Shown piece after piece: positions 24,721-38,293 of a stretch of 64,000 nucleotides of DNA (positions are counted from its first letter, which is position 1; every line of letters starts with the position of its first letter). Under the pieces are notes generated by a model that ran no database searches, had not been told where the DNA came from, and was given only the letters and a program-made list of their open reading frames with translations. The position numbers and the translations under genes were made by a program. This DNA comes from the human T2T-CHM13v2.0 reference genome, Homo sapiens. The stretch is taken from assembly GCF_009914755.1 (NCBI RefSeq), contig NC_060928.1; one strand, given 5' to 3'.

Positions 24721-26627
24721 ATAGTTTGATATCTGGGGTTTTCTTGTCTTTGTCTAATCGTAATGCTTATGCCTTAGCATAAGTCCACACAAATCTGGGA
24801 AGCTATACTCTATAAAGGTAATCATATTAGTAAATTGTAGGATAAAAATGGGACTCTTCTTTATGGATGTTCTCCCTATTTTTTTTTTTTAATAAGAAGG
24901 AAAGAGTGTGTCCCCAAACAAAAGAACCATTACAGAAAGTCAGGCTGTTTTTTCATCCTATTCCAATTTGATCTGAGTCCGTACTTAACAAGAGAATTCA
25001 GTTGCTTTTCTTGTATGTTTGTGTAGTAATGCCGGAGAGACTCTAGCAGTAACTAAATGATAGGAAACAAGCTAATGTCACTGCCCTCTCTGGAAAAGGT
25101 GATTTTTAGAGTAAAATATGATGAAATACAGGAAGCCGGTGGTAATAAATTATTCAAGATAACAATAGTCTTAGGACATCCAAAAGTTATCTTTTAAATA
25201 GTAGCCTACAGCTGAGCTGCATATCAGAATACGGTTAACTTTGTACTTGGGGTTGACATGATCTTGTAGTTAAGGTTAAATAACAAGGATACCATTTTCC
25301 TCAATGCCATAAATATTTCCACTTTTAATCCATGATTAAACACTCCTACTGAATTGAAAATGCATTTGGTGAAGTAATTTAACTAATATATCTTTTAGTA
25401 CCCTGTGTTTTCTGTCAATACAAAACTACTTACGTGAAGTCATTGGTGAATATAGCTTCAGGAAAATTACAAGATATCTATTAAAAAAATCAAATTTCTC
25501 AGAGCAATACTTTAATTTTTCCAAAAATTCCGCTTTGAAATCTCCAATTAACCCTCTGTTTGACCTCTACTTCAAGAGATGCGAGTAAAAGCCTTCAAGG
25601 CAATGGTTAATTGGATACACACTTTCTAAGTGAGAAGTTTGAAGAAGCACTTTTATAACTAATTCTTCAGAAGTAGACATCTATTTGACTGAGGTATTTT
25701 AGTCTAATTTTTGCATTTCACAAAATAGCTGACCTTCTTTACAGTTTTCTCTTTAAAAATTGTTTCTAGAAATTATGTTATTTCAATTAAGAAAAATTAA
25801 TATGTCTTTCAGTTTACAAGATGAATTCATCTTAAAGACAAAGAGAAGCTAGAAAGTCAACATTGTCAATTTCTCTCAGTTTTTTCCTGTTGTATTTTAG
25901 AATGAATAATTTCTAAACACCCTATAAATTCTAAAACTTCTGTAAATTCTGTTGTTCAAAGAATTATTAATTGATGTACTTTATAGGATAAAAATATCCT
26001 TGGCTTAAGATTTTACAAAAATTGTGGCATAACAAATGTATATTTTGATACATCTCCTGTTTCAAACAGCAATTGTAGGCAAAATAATTTTTTAAAAATA
26101 GCCAGATTCAGAAACAATATCTTTGTAGATTAGAAAAAGAAGGAATAAATAAAGTGATGATTAGAAATGAGCATTGGATTTTCTGTGCTATGAAAGCAGG
26201 AAAGAGTGCTGATGGTTTGACCCTAAAGGGATAAAGAGGTATGGAAGTGCTCCATGCTGGATTCGGGACCAGCGATAGTCTCAAGGCTTGAAGCTGGGAT
26301 GTGGTTGTACCACCTCTCAGTAAGTAGCCCAAGGCTAGCAAACTCTGAGCCTAGGGAGGAAGGATAGCACACTACAGAGAAAACCAACAATTTTCAGCTG
26401 TCACAGAGATTCTGTCTATAAAATATCACCATCACCATGACACTGGCAAAAGTATGGCCTGAACTTCGTTGTCCTTGGGCAAGCTAACCACATACTCGTT
26501 ATTTAAAAAAGAATGAGCACAGAGGAAAAAAAGAGAAAAATAAGATACAAATGAACCAAAAAGTGAAAATTACTTATTTAAAATAAATAGAAAAAACAAA
26601 CAGAAAGCAAAATTTGAAATCTAATTG

Positions 26628-26932
26628 AGTATTCTGCTCAGTTGGGCTTGGTCGCTGAGAAAAAAATTATAATACTTAAGAATCAAATTTCTCTTTTATT
26701 TTTTTACAGACTGTAAGTTATATTAGTAAGATCTATCGATGTTTTTGGATGCCATATAATCCATTCACTTTGCCACATAATCTTGCATTATTGAGCGACT
26801 ATCCTAGTGTTTATGCACCTACTCTCCTATTTTAAGTTCTTCCATACTTTTATTCTGTGGAGAGTGCTGCTACGATCATTTTTGTAAATGTCTCTTCTTT
26901 TATATGTGCAAAGATTTCTCCCGAGTATTTAT
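26628..26932 (-). repeat. Inverted duplication, copy 2
   Basis: Reverse complement of 24000-24304. Confidence 0.97.
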
Positions 26933-27064
26933 TTGTGGTTGGCATTGTTGAAATAACACACTGGTAGTGTGATTCCAGGTCTTGATCTTGGGAACTAGAG
27001 GGACATTGAATGCTAGAATTGTCAGTTTACGTTTTATAAAATATTCAGTAAATTTAATTAAATG

Positions 27065-27500
27065 TCAATTTATTTAACTAACTTTTGCTGAATTTTATTA
27101 TGTGCTCAAACATAGTGAATTTTATGGACATTGATAGTGCAAAAAAAGGAGACTGTGGTGCTGGGGCTAGGGGAGAGTTTGTATCTACAAATAGCTTGAT
27201 CAGAGGAGGCGCTAATAACATAACTCCGATCCAATACTTGAACATGGGGAGAGAGTGTCCATAAGGAACAGCCATGAGGAACCTGAGGGAAGAGGGAACA
27301 AGCCTCTAAGGCAGTGTTGTGTCCAGAATGCTTGAGGAACAGCAAACAGCAGGGAAGGTAAAATGATTGCAGCAAGGTGAATGAGGGAAAAATAATAAGA
27401 GATAAGTCAGAGTGGTAACAAGGGAGGGAGCTGGTCACCTCATGAATAAGTCATTGTTAGGTAGGACTTTGGTTTTTGTGACTTAGCTTTTTAAGGGATC
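27065..27500 (-). mobile_element. L2 3' fragment
   Basis: TTTATTTAACTAAC...TATGTGC start and GAGGGAACAAGC...GCTTGAGGAACAGCAA antisense L2 motifs. Confidence 0.7.
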
Positions 27501-27539
27501 ACTCTGACACCACACTTGAGAAGAAATTATAGCACACAG

Positions 27540-28030
27540 AGTGGTGCAGAGGAGGTGGAGGAGATGGATAGCTCCTCTCGGGGGCCTGCCGTCTCTCTGG
27601 TCCTGAGGGATGCAGCTGACATATCAGACAGGACAGCATGCAACCCAGAGGCCTTGCAATGCATGTTTCTGGGACCCAAGTTATGTATGTAGGAGAAAAG
27701 TTGGACAGATGTAGGATGAGAGACTTAGTAAGAGTTTTGAGTACTGTAGTTATCATCTTCTACAAAGGATACGCAAAGGATACCTTGCCACAGAGACAAC
27801 CATAAAATCTCTACAATATCGTCCGCGTCATAGCAAAAGCTGCTAGTGCTGCAGATGGACTGCTGACATTGGCGTCACAGCCAAAAGCAGAAGGGAGGAA
27901 ATAGTTTCACTCACCTTCCAATGTCCTGCTAGTACTTTATAGTGGAGTAACCTAAACAGAAACCAGCTGCCAAGCATTGAGAAGTGAAATTCTCAGGCTT
28001 TCAGGCCCATAAATTACACAGGCAAGCACA
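27540..28030. mobile_element. Ancient ERV-type LTR remnant, family unresolved
   Basis: AACCTAAACAGAAACCAGCTGCCAAG...GAGAAGTGAAATTCTCAGGC resembles old LTR motifs; GC higher than flanks. Confidence 0.4.
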
Positions 28031-28634
28031 TTTAACAGTAGCAGTAGAGTTGTGGTCTAATCCACAAACATCTAACCCACTTAGAATTACCAGCTTGATA
28101 GCTACCGTGTCTGGAACCTCCAGAGGGAATCCTTTAATGACTCTTCTCATCATTCTCAGAGTAAAAGTGAATGCAAACAGGATACATTTCACTATATTCT
28201 TACAGCATCATCACGACGGAGAGAAACATGGTGCAACATTAAAGGAGGTTATTCTGAGAAGGCAAACTTAAAGAGTAAATGCCAAAACATCAGCTAAAAA
28301 TGCCTGCAAAGAAGTAACGCCATTAGGCCAAAAATGCTCTTAACCAATCCCATCATTCCGGAAGTGCCACACACTATCACCCGTTCCGAGATTGTTCTCA
28401 GCCTCAGCTAATCAAATCTCCTCTTTGTCATGAGTGGTAATCTGTGCTATCCCCAGAGTTGAAGATATATATATATTAATAAAAGTAACAAAATTAAAAT
28501 ATACACATCCTTTGTCAACTTATTTCTAAACCGTTCATTGTAAATCTGTTTCTATTTTGCCTGAGCTGCAGGTAAATCTCTATAGGCTACTTGACATTTC
28601 ATTTGATAGTTTTTATTTCAAAATTGATAACTAC

Positions 28635-28862
28635 ATAGTCGGCAAATTATGACTTGTAAGCCAAATCCATCCCACTTCCAGTTTTTGTAAACAAAATATT
28701 ATTGGAGCACAGTCATGCCTGTTTATTTACTTATTGTCTCTGGCTTTCTTCATCCTAGAACAGCTGAGCTGAGTAGTTGCAATAGCTAATTTCAGGTTCA
28801 CATTTAGCAAAGCCAAAATATTTACTATCTGACTATTCAGGAAAGAACTTTGCTGAGCTCTG
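28635..28862 (+). mobile_element. MER58A-like hAT-Charlie MITE
   Basis: GTCGGCAAATTATGAC...GTTTTTGTAAA...AAAGCCAAAATATTTACTATCTG...TTTGCTGA. Confidence 0.85.
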
Positions 28863-30494
28863 TTATCTATGATACTTTACTTGGTATTTCATTCTGGGTA
28901 ACTGTAGTTGGTGACACCTTCCATGAGGACCTGGGTTCGGTAATCTTGGGCTCACTGTTTTCTTTTATCACAAATCTCCACCAGCCTCCAAATTTAGTGA
29001 TTTCTTAATCTGATTAAGTTAAATCTTTAATGCTTCTTCTTTGTCTTTTTTCAAATTGTTTCCACATTGTCTCAATTGCTAAAATAATGTCATAGCTGAA
29101 TTATTATTCTGCCTCCAGTCAAATCAAATGCCAATAACAGGTGATGCTTCATGACTTTTTAATGTAACTCCTTGCTAAAAAGCATCTGTGCTTCCCCAGT
29201 TGACCAATAAAAGTGAATCTGTTTCTCTGTCTCCCCTCCAATTTCTTTTATGACCTCAAACAATACCTCTCACTAGTCACCTGCAGAAATGCTATTCATC
29301 ATTCAGGAAACCCAAGAAAACCACATCACTCTTTCCCAAATAATATGTACTTAAAAGAATGATGATTCCTACAACATATTATTGTTATTGAAAATTATAT
29401 AAATTATATTTAACTTTTCTATGCCTTAGCAGATGGTTGTTCCAGACACCATCCACTGAGGCATAGAAAAGTTAAAAATAAATGAGACATCTAATTGACT
29501 GGGACCTGCACATTCGAGAAGTTTGTGGAGTTTCACTTTATTCCTTTAGAGGGAACAATCCATCTAAGTCCATATTTGTAAAAGAAATTAGAATTCTATT
29601 TTTTATAAAAAGTATTTAATAAATAATGTGATTTTAGTAAAAATCGACCTTAATCATAAAGCTATTTTTCATGCCTAAAAGATGACCCATGGGTATTTAG
29701 GGTTAAAACATATTGTTATTTGATGATTGACTGAAGATGTCCTTGGTCATGAAAGGGGCGAACATTGAACTGGGGAAAATGTGGTGTAATCTTCAAGCCC
29801 TCTGAATTTATTATTGCAGTGTAAAAAAACTCTATTCTGCTTCTTAATCTAGGTGATATTTTTCTCCAAGATCTGAGGAGAAAAGCATTTCTTGGACTCT
29901 GATACTTTTCCTAAAGCATTTTTCTCTTTTCTTTTCTTTTTTCAGAGGTCAATGTCAAAGTTTTTGTCCTTGAAAGGTTAGCTAAGTCTATAGATTTTTA
30001 TTTGAAGTTACAAGTGCTCTTCAGCATTTCAGTTATAGGTGTCTACTTCTGCAATGGTATGAGACATTGCTCTTGTAAAAATTTCAGTCTGTATGGTGGA
30101 AAATTTTTGAAAAGTATTGTCAAGTGTATTACTTTCTGCCAAAGGTTAATCAGATACTGCTGAATGATGAAGTTAGTTCTTTGAATAGTTAATGCTATTC
30201 TCAAGATTCTATTTGATACAAATAAAAATTACAATAAAAAGTTTAAAAAACAGTTTGAGAAACTGAAAGTGTCAATCTATTATTTTTATGATTTAATGGA
30301 AAGTAAAGAATATGCATCCACAATCTTTTAGGCAGTTTCATGAGCCATTACAAAGTGGAATGGAATATTACTATTTATTGAGTATTCACGACGCTAACTT
30401 TCTTTAAAAAACATTAGGAAAGGGTAGAAAAATTAATATCATTTTAATAAATATCAGTTTTGTGATATTAGGTACTTACGTTTCCCGACTATCA

Positions 30495-30550
30495 TCTCTC
30501 TCTCTGTCTCTCTCTCTCTCTCTGTCTCTCTCTTTCTCTGTCTCTCTCTT
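30495..30550. repeat. (CT)n imperfect microsatellite
   Basis: Visible CT/CTGT run. Confidence 0.9.
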
Positions 30551-32641
30551 TTCGTTCTCTTGTTTACATACAGAATATAGACATTAGGAAAAAGGTCGAT
30601 AGTTAGGGACCCACAGAAGTAAAATCTATAGAAATAAGCAAGACTTTGAAACTCTAAATAAGGCCGTTTGGTTATTAAGATATTGCCCATGTTTAAAAAA
30701 ATAAGAAACACCTATAAATGATTGGATGCCATGCTGACATAAAGAAGGCACAGATATTAGATCATACCTGGCACTCCTTCTATGTTCCTCAGGCAATAGT
30801 CACAGGACTGCTGAGACCCTGAACAAAATCCAGAAGTTCTGTCCAGAAAGGAATGAGATGATATTAGGCAACTACTGTCAGCAACCAACACAAGGGATTT
30901 AAGTATCAAGCAACTCTTCATCTCTCCCTTTTTCTTTTTTCCTATTTACCAAAATCCAGTAAGTTAATTACAAATTTGACAAACAAATGAAGGAATGATC
31001 ACATAGGCATTCTAGGTGGCCATCTAAATTCACCAAAAATTAAGTATCCCCAAACCTACCAATTTGTGTGCTATGAAGAAAAAAAAAAAGAGAGACAGAG
31101 AGAGAGAAAGATTGTTCTGGAAAGGACATTTTCTTGTACATAAGGGCTATTTCTATTTAGAAAAATCCACACTGTGAACTTTGAAGCCGGGCATCTCCTC
31201 TCAGCTAGGGCACTGGCAAAGGATAGAGAAGGAGCCGATAAAATGCCATCACCCACAGTGACGACTCCAGACGGTGGGAGACAAAGAGGCAACAGCATTA
31301 GGTTTCTTCTGGCATCTTCATTAGAATTGAAAACAGGAGTGACACTGACAAATATACAGTAATGGCAATGACAGTAGAAGCATTCGAACCATACTGTGCT
31401 GAGCTGTTTAACCTCTGCTTCCTGATTCTAGTGAGATTTCAGAATCTACTTCTCTAGGCTTCTCATTGTTTTTTGTGACCCAGTTATATATTTCTAAATT
31501 CATTTTCTATGTATGTGGCCAGTCATTTTCTAACATCTACAACTATCAGGCAATAAAGATGACTGATGCAAAGGGTAGGGAAAGTTTCCTAGATAGTGAC
31601 AACTCTTACTTGTAACTTGCCGATTTTAATAGCTTTTAGTTTTTCATTTTAGAAAAAAAAATCTGGTGATATAGTATAACAATTATGCAATATTTTCTTG
31701 AATAATTTGACCCAGATTTATGATTGTATGGCATGGGTAAAATTGAATTTTATTAAGTAATATTGTATTATTCTTCAACATAACGATTTTTGGGTGGTTC
31801 ATTCTAAATTGGTTTCTCACAGTTAATTGAGTGCTCTTGTGAATTGTTTAATAACGTACAATTTCACAGTTGGAAATTCTTTTTTCAATTTTGAGCACTT
31901 AATAAGTGAAAATAATCTGTACTTTATTTTGAGATAAACTTATTTTTTAAAAAAGAGGAAAAGAGTTGTTATATAAGGAAGAAATAATATTTTCATCTTC
32001 TTTCTCTTCTTTGACTTTCAAACATTTTAAGTTTGTGGACCAAGTATCCACAAACACCAGGAAGACCTGACCTTTCTGTGACAAGTATGGAATAAGTGAG
32101 TGAACCTCAGGGGGCAGATTTGAAAGAAAATATCCTTATCCTAAAGATAATTAAGTACATTTTTCGAACTAGGAGAAAATGCCTGTGTGGGGCATATTTT
32201 TAGTTGAAACTCATTTTTTAACCTAAAAATGCAGTAGAAAGATTACTTTTGCAGGTTTTCAATAGAAATTACCTTGGGAATCCTTCTTTTGAAGCATTTC
32301 CCTGAGTTGCATAGAAAATTTGCAATAACAAAGTGATTATAATTGCTGTATTCATTTTTCATATTTTACATATCGTGTAAGTGAATCTATACCAAACTAA
32401 GTACAGTTACCCTTTAGCTAAAGTTGTACTTTCACCTTTGCTTAAACCAGAATGAAGAATTTAAATTAATGAAATGGTAAGATCCATATAGATAAAAGGA
32501 AAGGTTCGACACTAGGGCATCTTGGATTTCCTAGTTCAAATCCCACCTGATCTCTTCTTTTGCTGTGGTACAAAAGTTGGCCTTCATATGACCAAACATA
32601 AAACTGACCCAAATCTAAGTAGGCTCTCATTTGTAAAATGA

Positions 32642-32861
32642 ACGTTAAAGTAAAGCTCTTGAGTATATGAATTACAAAGACGCCCTTATGACCACTTTTC
32701 ATGGATGGAGACAGTGCGAAAAGAGATTTGGAACAGAAACAGTTACCTGTGACGTTAAAGTAAAGCTCTTGAGTATATGAATTACAAAGACGCCCTTATG
32801 ACCACTTTTCACGGATGGAGACAGTGCGAAAAGAGATTTGGAACAGAAACAGTTACCTGTG
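32642..32861. repeat. 110 bp tandem duplication, 2 copies, 1 mismatch
   Basis: 32642-32751 equals 32752-32861 except T32702/C32812. Confidence 0.98.
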
Positions 32862-35049
32862 ACGTACTTTGTTCATCCCATGCAAAATGTGCCGGCAACA
32901 TTCAATGTCAAGATGTTTTTCAGAGAATGTTCGAAGTATAGCTATAAATATGTGCTATATCTTTTTAATCTTGATTTTTATTGCCATTATAAACAGAAGA
33001 GTTGTGAGTTCACCAGGGATTTGTGTCACGTTTAAACATGTCCTTGAAAATTTTTAGTAAAAATGGAGATATCCAAGTTCAAGATACTGAGATGTTTCAT
33101 CAAAATCTACATTGAATTGAAATAGATTACAACATGGCCTGTGATTCAGAAATGCCATAAGAGAAGGTAGAAGAGAAAACATAATTGGAAAGATATTTAT
33201 CTAGTACCAAATTATCAAGGTGGTATCATATAAATGGAAATAGCTACTTTAATTAGCTGTTTGTATCAATCAAACAGGAACTCTTATTGAACTCTAGTTG
33301 ACAAAATAACCAAAGTTCTGACATTTCTTATCAGCTTTTATTAATTGGTTTATTCAAATTATATGTGTTGAGTTCCTACTATATTCAGTGTGCTGAAATG
33401 GATTGTAAAGTTGAAATGAATATGAGTACTGGTTCAAAATGCAATTATCTTTTGGTAATAAGCTGATATGATACTGTATATTGAAAGTCAATTTTATGCT
33501 TAATTATTCACTCTATAGTTGAGACAGCCAATCAAAATATTGCCATTTTAGCCAATATATAATTATTTGAGTATTTAAGCATTTAAAGTTAAGCAGTTAT
33601 GAGGGCAAAGCTATATACCTTGAATAGAAAAAATAAACCTGAAATATATCTCACTAATAACCCACAACAAAATTTAAAATTTCCAAATATATAAATGATA
33701 GGTTTTATTTGCTTTATGACACACAAAATATAATAAGCTTGAATTAACATATGAATCATTTAATATAAAAACATCTTTTTAAATTAAGGTTAATGCTGCA
33801 CTAAATATAGAAACTTATGGTCTGGTGAAAAAATGTCTATAGTTGAAAACATATACAGAAAGAGAACATAATATAAAGTAAATTATTATACATGAATTTT
33901 ATTTTAATATTCATTTATAGATTTTGATATTCTAATAATTTGAATATCTTTAAAAAGATATAATAGTTAAAATGTTTTTGATTTTATTAATTGTACATTT
34001 CTCCTTCATTTTATCAACAAGAATTTAATTTTTCTCACCACTCCTGTGAAACTATTGCCATAATTAAGATGGCAGTAGAGAAGTCCAAAGGTTTTGGCTG
34101 AGGCTATTGATATAATCCATGGCCCACAATAAGGAGAGGTATTTACAAGTAACTTTGTTCAAAAGCAATAGGGCAAATCTAAGTGACTCTCTTTTTCTAC
34201 TTGTGAATTTTCCAGAGTTTTAAAGGAGAATTGTACAATTATGTTTCAAAGTAGTTCTTTGAAATTAGCATTGTAAGAACATATGATGTTTAAAAAATAA
34301 AAAATACAGAATATACTTCAAGAAATGCTTAAAGTATCTGATCTGTTTTGTGTCAATTAAAAATATATATTTTCCAGCACTTGAGTGTAATTTTAACTGG
34401 GATCTCACCTAAAAATGATTCAAACATAATACTTTGGAATTACTTTTTAATAGTTAGAAAAATTGTCATTAGGATTAAAAATATTCAGTGTGCATATATG
34501 TGTATGTATATAATGTTTGTATGTGTGTTTGAAGAACATCATGGAATATGTGAGAAAATTCTAAAATTTCTGTAATAATTAAAGACATGGAGAAATTTAT
34601 GGTGACTTCGTCTAATTTTTCTAAGTGGTTTAAAGAAATTGAGACATGTTGAATTTCTTTTTGACAAAGAATAAATTTAATCACATCACTTTTCTTTTTG
34701 TCAAATGATTATTTTTCAAACAATGTTAACAATACAAATTACACTATATCAACTTACCTTACATCTGCTATCCAAAGCTCATTTTTTAATTAAAATTCTC
34801 ATGAGCTATTGGCAACGTGAAAATTAGTGAGCTGGTAAATTGAGGTGAGAAATTCTTCCAGAAATGTTTAAGATGGAATAGCTAGAAAGAAAATATGAGA
34901 AAAATAATTACTCTAAAGGACAGAATGAGAAGAAACAGTTTCTCTTTAACAGGAGCTTTTGAAGAATGGAAATGGAAAGGAGACAGTATTTACAGAAATA
35001 ATATTCAGTAGAGCTTCTGGATGTATAGAAAGACATAATATAAATTTCA

Positions 35050-35700
35050 TAGTTTTATTTTCCCCAGAAACAGCACCTAAAACCACCACCTCATGTAGGT
35101 GATTCCAGGAAGCACAAGTGAAGACTTGAATGAAGCTGTCTAGGGAGAAAACGGCTTGTTATTGAGCAATGGTGGCACTTCCTGCTGGAGACCCTGAGGA
35201 CCCAACCTAGAACTGGTATCCACTGTCTCCAAGGATAGTCTTGAGGGTTTTATTATTATTATTATACTTTAAGTTCTTGGGTACATGTGCGGAACGTGCA
35301 GTTTTGTTACATAGGTATACACGTGTCATGGTGGTTTGCTGCACCCATCAACCTGTCACCTACATTAGGTATTTCTCCTAATGTTATCCCTCCCCAAGCC
35401 CCCCACACCCCGGCAGGCCCCTGTGTGTGATGTTCCCCTCCCTGTGTCCATGTGTTCTCATTGCTCAACTCCCACTTACGAGTGAGAACAGAGGTCACAG
35501 AACAGAGTCTTAGGTTTTAACTCCTCAAAATTCTGCCTGCTCCAGGCACCCTGAATAAGCTAATTCCTGATGGCGGAAAAGCTGAGAGATGCAATTGGTA
35601 TCTGAGGTGAGATGCTGCCAGAAGACCCAGGACACTGTCCACCAAGACTGCTAAAACACAGGGGCTGCTGAAATGTACAGGATGCTGTGCAGGGCTCGAA
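35050..35700. mobile_element. Old ERVL-type LTR (LTR33/LTR16-like), split by an L1PA insertion
   Basis: GTAGGTGATTCCAGGAAGCACAAGTG...TGTTATTGAGCA motif. Confidence 0.45.
35249..35490 (-). mobile_element. L1PA7/8-like 3' end
   Basis: TTATACTTTAAGTTCT..GGTACATGTGCGGAACGTGCAG; degenerate TSD AGTCTT(G)AGG. Confidence 0.92.
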
Positions 35701-35907
35701 AATAAGTCTAATACAACTTAGACTGAAATGACTGGCTCAGAAAACACCAAAAAGGAAAACAAGAAATGACTGGCACTAGACACATGCTAGTGAAATTTAA
35801 GAATATCAGTGACAATCTCCCAGAAAGAAAACAAAAATGTTCTCATAAAAGGAACATAAGATCAACATTAAATTTCTCAACTACAACACTGAATGGAAGA
35901 AAAAGTG

Positions 35908-36376
<469 letters not shown>

Positions 36377-36568
36377 TTAGGAATACTAGAAAAATGTACA
36401 AGTTTTGTTAAGTTTTTAAACTTACTTGGCGAGTGAACATAATTGTTAAGTTTTAACATTGGTAAGAGAAAAGTAGAAACACAGGTCAAAAAAAGGTAGG
36501 TGTAAGCATGAGGAGAAAAGCATAACATGTATAAATATACCTTTCTAAGTTTAAAAATTGCTAATATT

Positions 36569-36880
36569 CGCCAGGTGTGGTCGCTTAGGCGTGTAATCCC
36601 AGCACTTTGGGAGGCCAAGGCAGGAGGGTCATTTGAGTTCAGGAGTTTAAGACCAACGTGGGCAACATAACAAGACCCCGTCTCTACGAAAAATGAAAAG
36701 AAAAAAATAAAATATCCAGATGTGGTGGAGCACACTTGCGGTCCCAACTACTCAGGGGGCTAGGGTGAGAGGATAGTTTGAGCCCAGAAATTCAAGGCTG
36801 CAGTGAACTATGATCATGCCACAGCACTGCAGACTGGGCGACATAGGGAGACTTGTCCCAAAACAAAACAAAACAAAAAA
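36569..36880 (+). mobile_element. AluJ-like
   Basis: Diverged dimer with (CAAAA)n tail; degenerate TSD AAAAATTGCTAATATT / AAAAACTACTAATGTT. Confidence 0.9.
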
Positions 36881-36923
36881 ACTACTAATGTTGTGAAATT
36901 TGTCATATTTTTAAAAGAAGAGC

Positions 36924-37066
36924 TAGCCACAGTGGCTCACACCTGTAATCCCAGCATTTACGGAGACCGAGGTGGGAGGATCGCTTGAGCCCAGGAGTTT
37001 CAGATCAGCCTGGGCAACATAATGAGACACAAAAAAAGAAAAAACAAACAGAAAAAAGACAAAAAA
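36924..37066 (+). mobile_element. Alu left monomer (FLAM-like)
   Basis: GTGGCTCACACCTGTAATCCCAGC...GCCTGGGCAACAT followed by A-rich tail. Confidence 0.85.
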
Positions 37067-38145
37067 ACCCCATATGCTGCAGCACACATGAATACACATT
37101 TTAATACAATGAGCATACATGTACTCCACTCCCAGATGATGAGCTAGAACATTGGCTAAACCTTAAATTCATTTGATCTGGGTTCATTCCTCTTCCTCCC
37201 ATCTCAAAGTCATCATATCATGAATTCTTCTTTTCTTGGTTTCAAAGTTTTATTGCTGATCTATTTATCAACTCTAAATTGTTTTTCTGCTTTTTTGTAC
37301 TTTATACAAATGGAATTCTCTATTTTATAAAATTTTAAATTCATATTGCTTTTTCAGAATCAATAATGTTTATGCATTTACTCATTTGTACTGCTAAATA
37401 GTATTTTGTGGTATGATTCTACCATAATTTAATCATTCATTCTACTATTCTCCCATTAATGAAAATTTAGGCAGCTGATTTTTTTTTTCTCTATTCTGAT
37501 TGATGTATCTATGGGAACATGACTCCTGGTACCCAATTGTAAGGTTTGTCCTTGAAAATTTATGATAAGGTACATATAATTTGAACTTCACAAGAGATTT
37601 CTAAATTGTTTTACAATATGATTGCACAAGTTTACACTCTAAAACCATTAGTGTAATGACAGTACGACTATACCACAGCCCTTCTGTACATGTTGTTTTT
37701 TAGTGAAAAGAACTGTGTAAATTTTAATAGTGACAGGGTAACCAATATTTTCATTGTGCTATTTACATTTGATTTAAGAAATCCTTACTACTCAGAGAGA
37801 AGAAAATACACTCTTACAACATCTTTTGAACATCTTTTGTCTGCTTCTTCTTGCCACAATGCCACATAATCTTAATACTATTAGTAACTCCTGTTCTTTA
37901 TTTTTCAGGAAAGTTTTGGCTATTTCTTGTCCTTTGTTCTCTCATATAAATTTTAGACTATGTTTAACAAATTCTAAAGTAAAATACCATGAGGTTTTGA
38001 TTATGAATGCATTCACCTATGGATCAATTTGGGGAGAACTGACAACTTCACAAAATTGCAATCGAAATCATAACCTTCTCCCAATATTTATAACTCCGTC
38101 AATGTCTTTCAATAAAGTCTTATTTTCTATAAGTAAATAATCTTT

Positions 38146-38293
38146 TTGGGAGGCTGAGGTAGGAAAATAGCTTGATCCCAGGATTTTGAGGCCGTAGTAA
38201 GCTATGATTGCACCACTGCACTCCGGCCTGGGCAACAAAGCAAGACCGCCATCTCTAAGATAAAATATAAAATAAATAAATAAAATAATAAAA
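38146..38293 (+). mobile_element. Alu right monomer (FRAM or truncated AluJ)
   Basis: TTGGGAGGCTGAGG...GCCTGGGCAACAAAGCAAGAC with (TAAA)n tail. Confidence 0.85.

Noticed and set aside
29919-29982. Possible 31 nt micro-exon (polypyrimidine-CAG ... AAG|GTTAG)
   Set aside because: Weak donor, length not a multiple of three, no supporting neighbouring exons.
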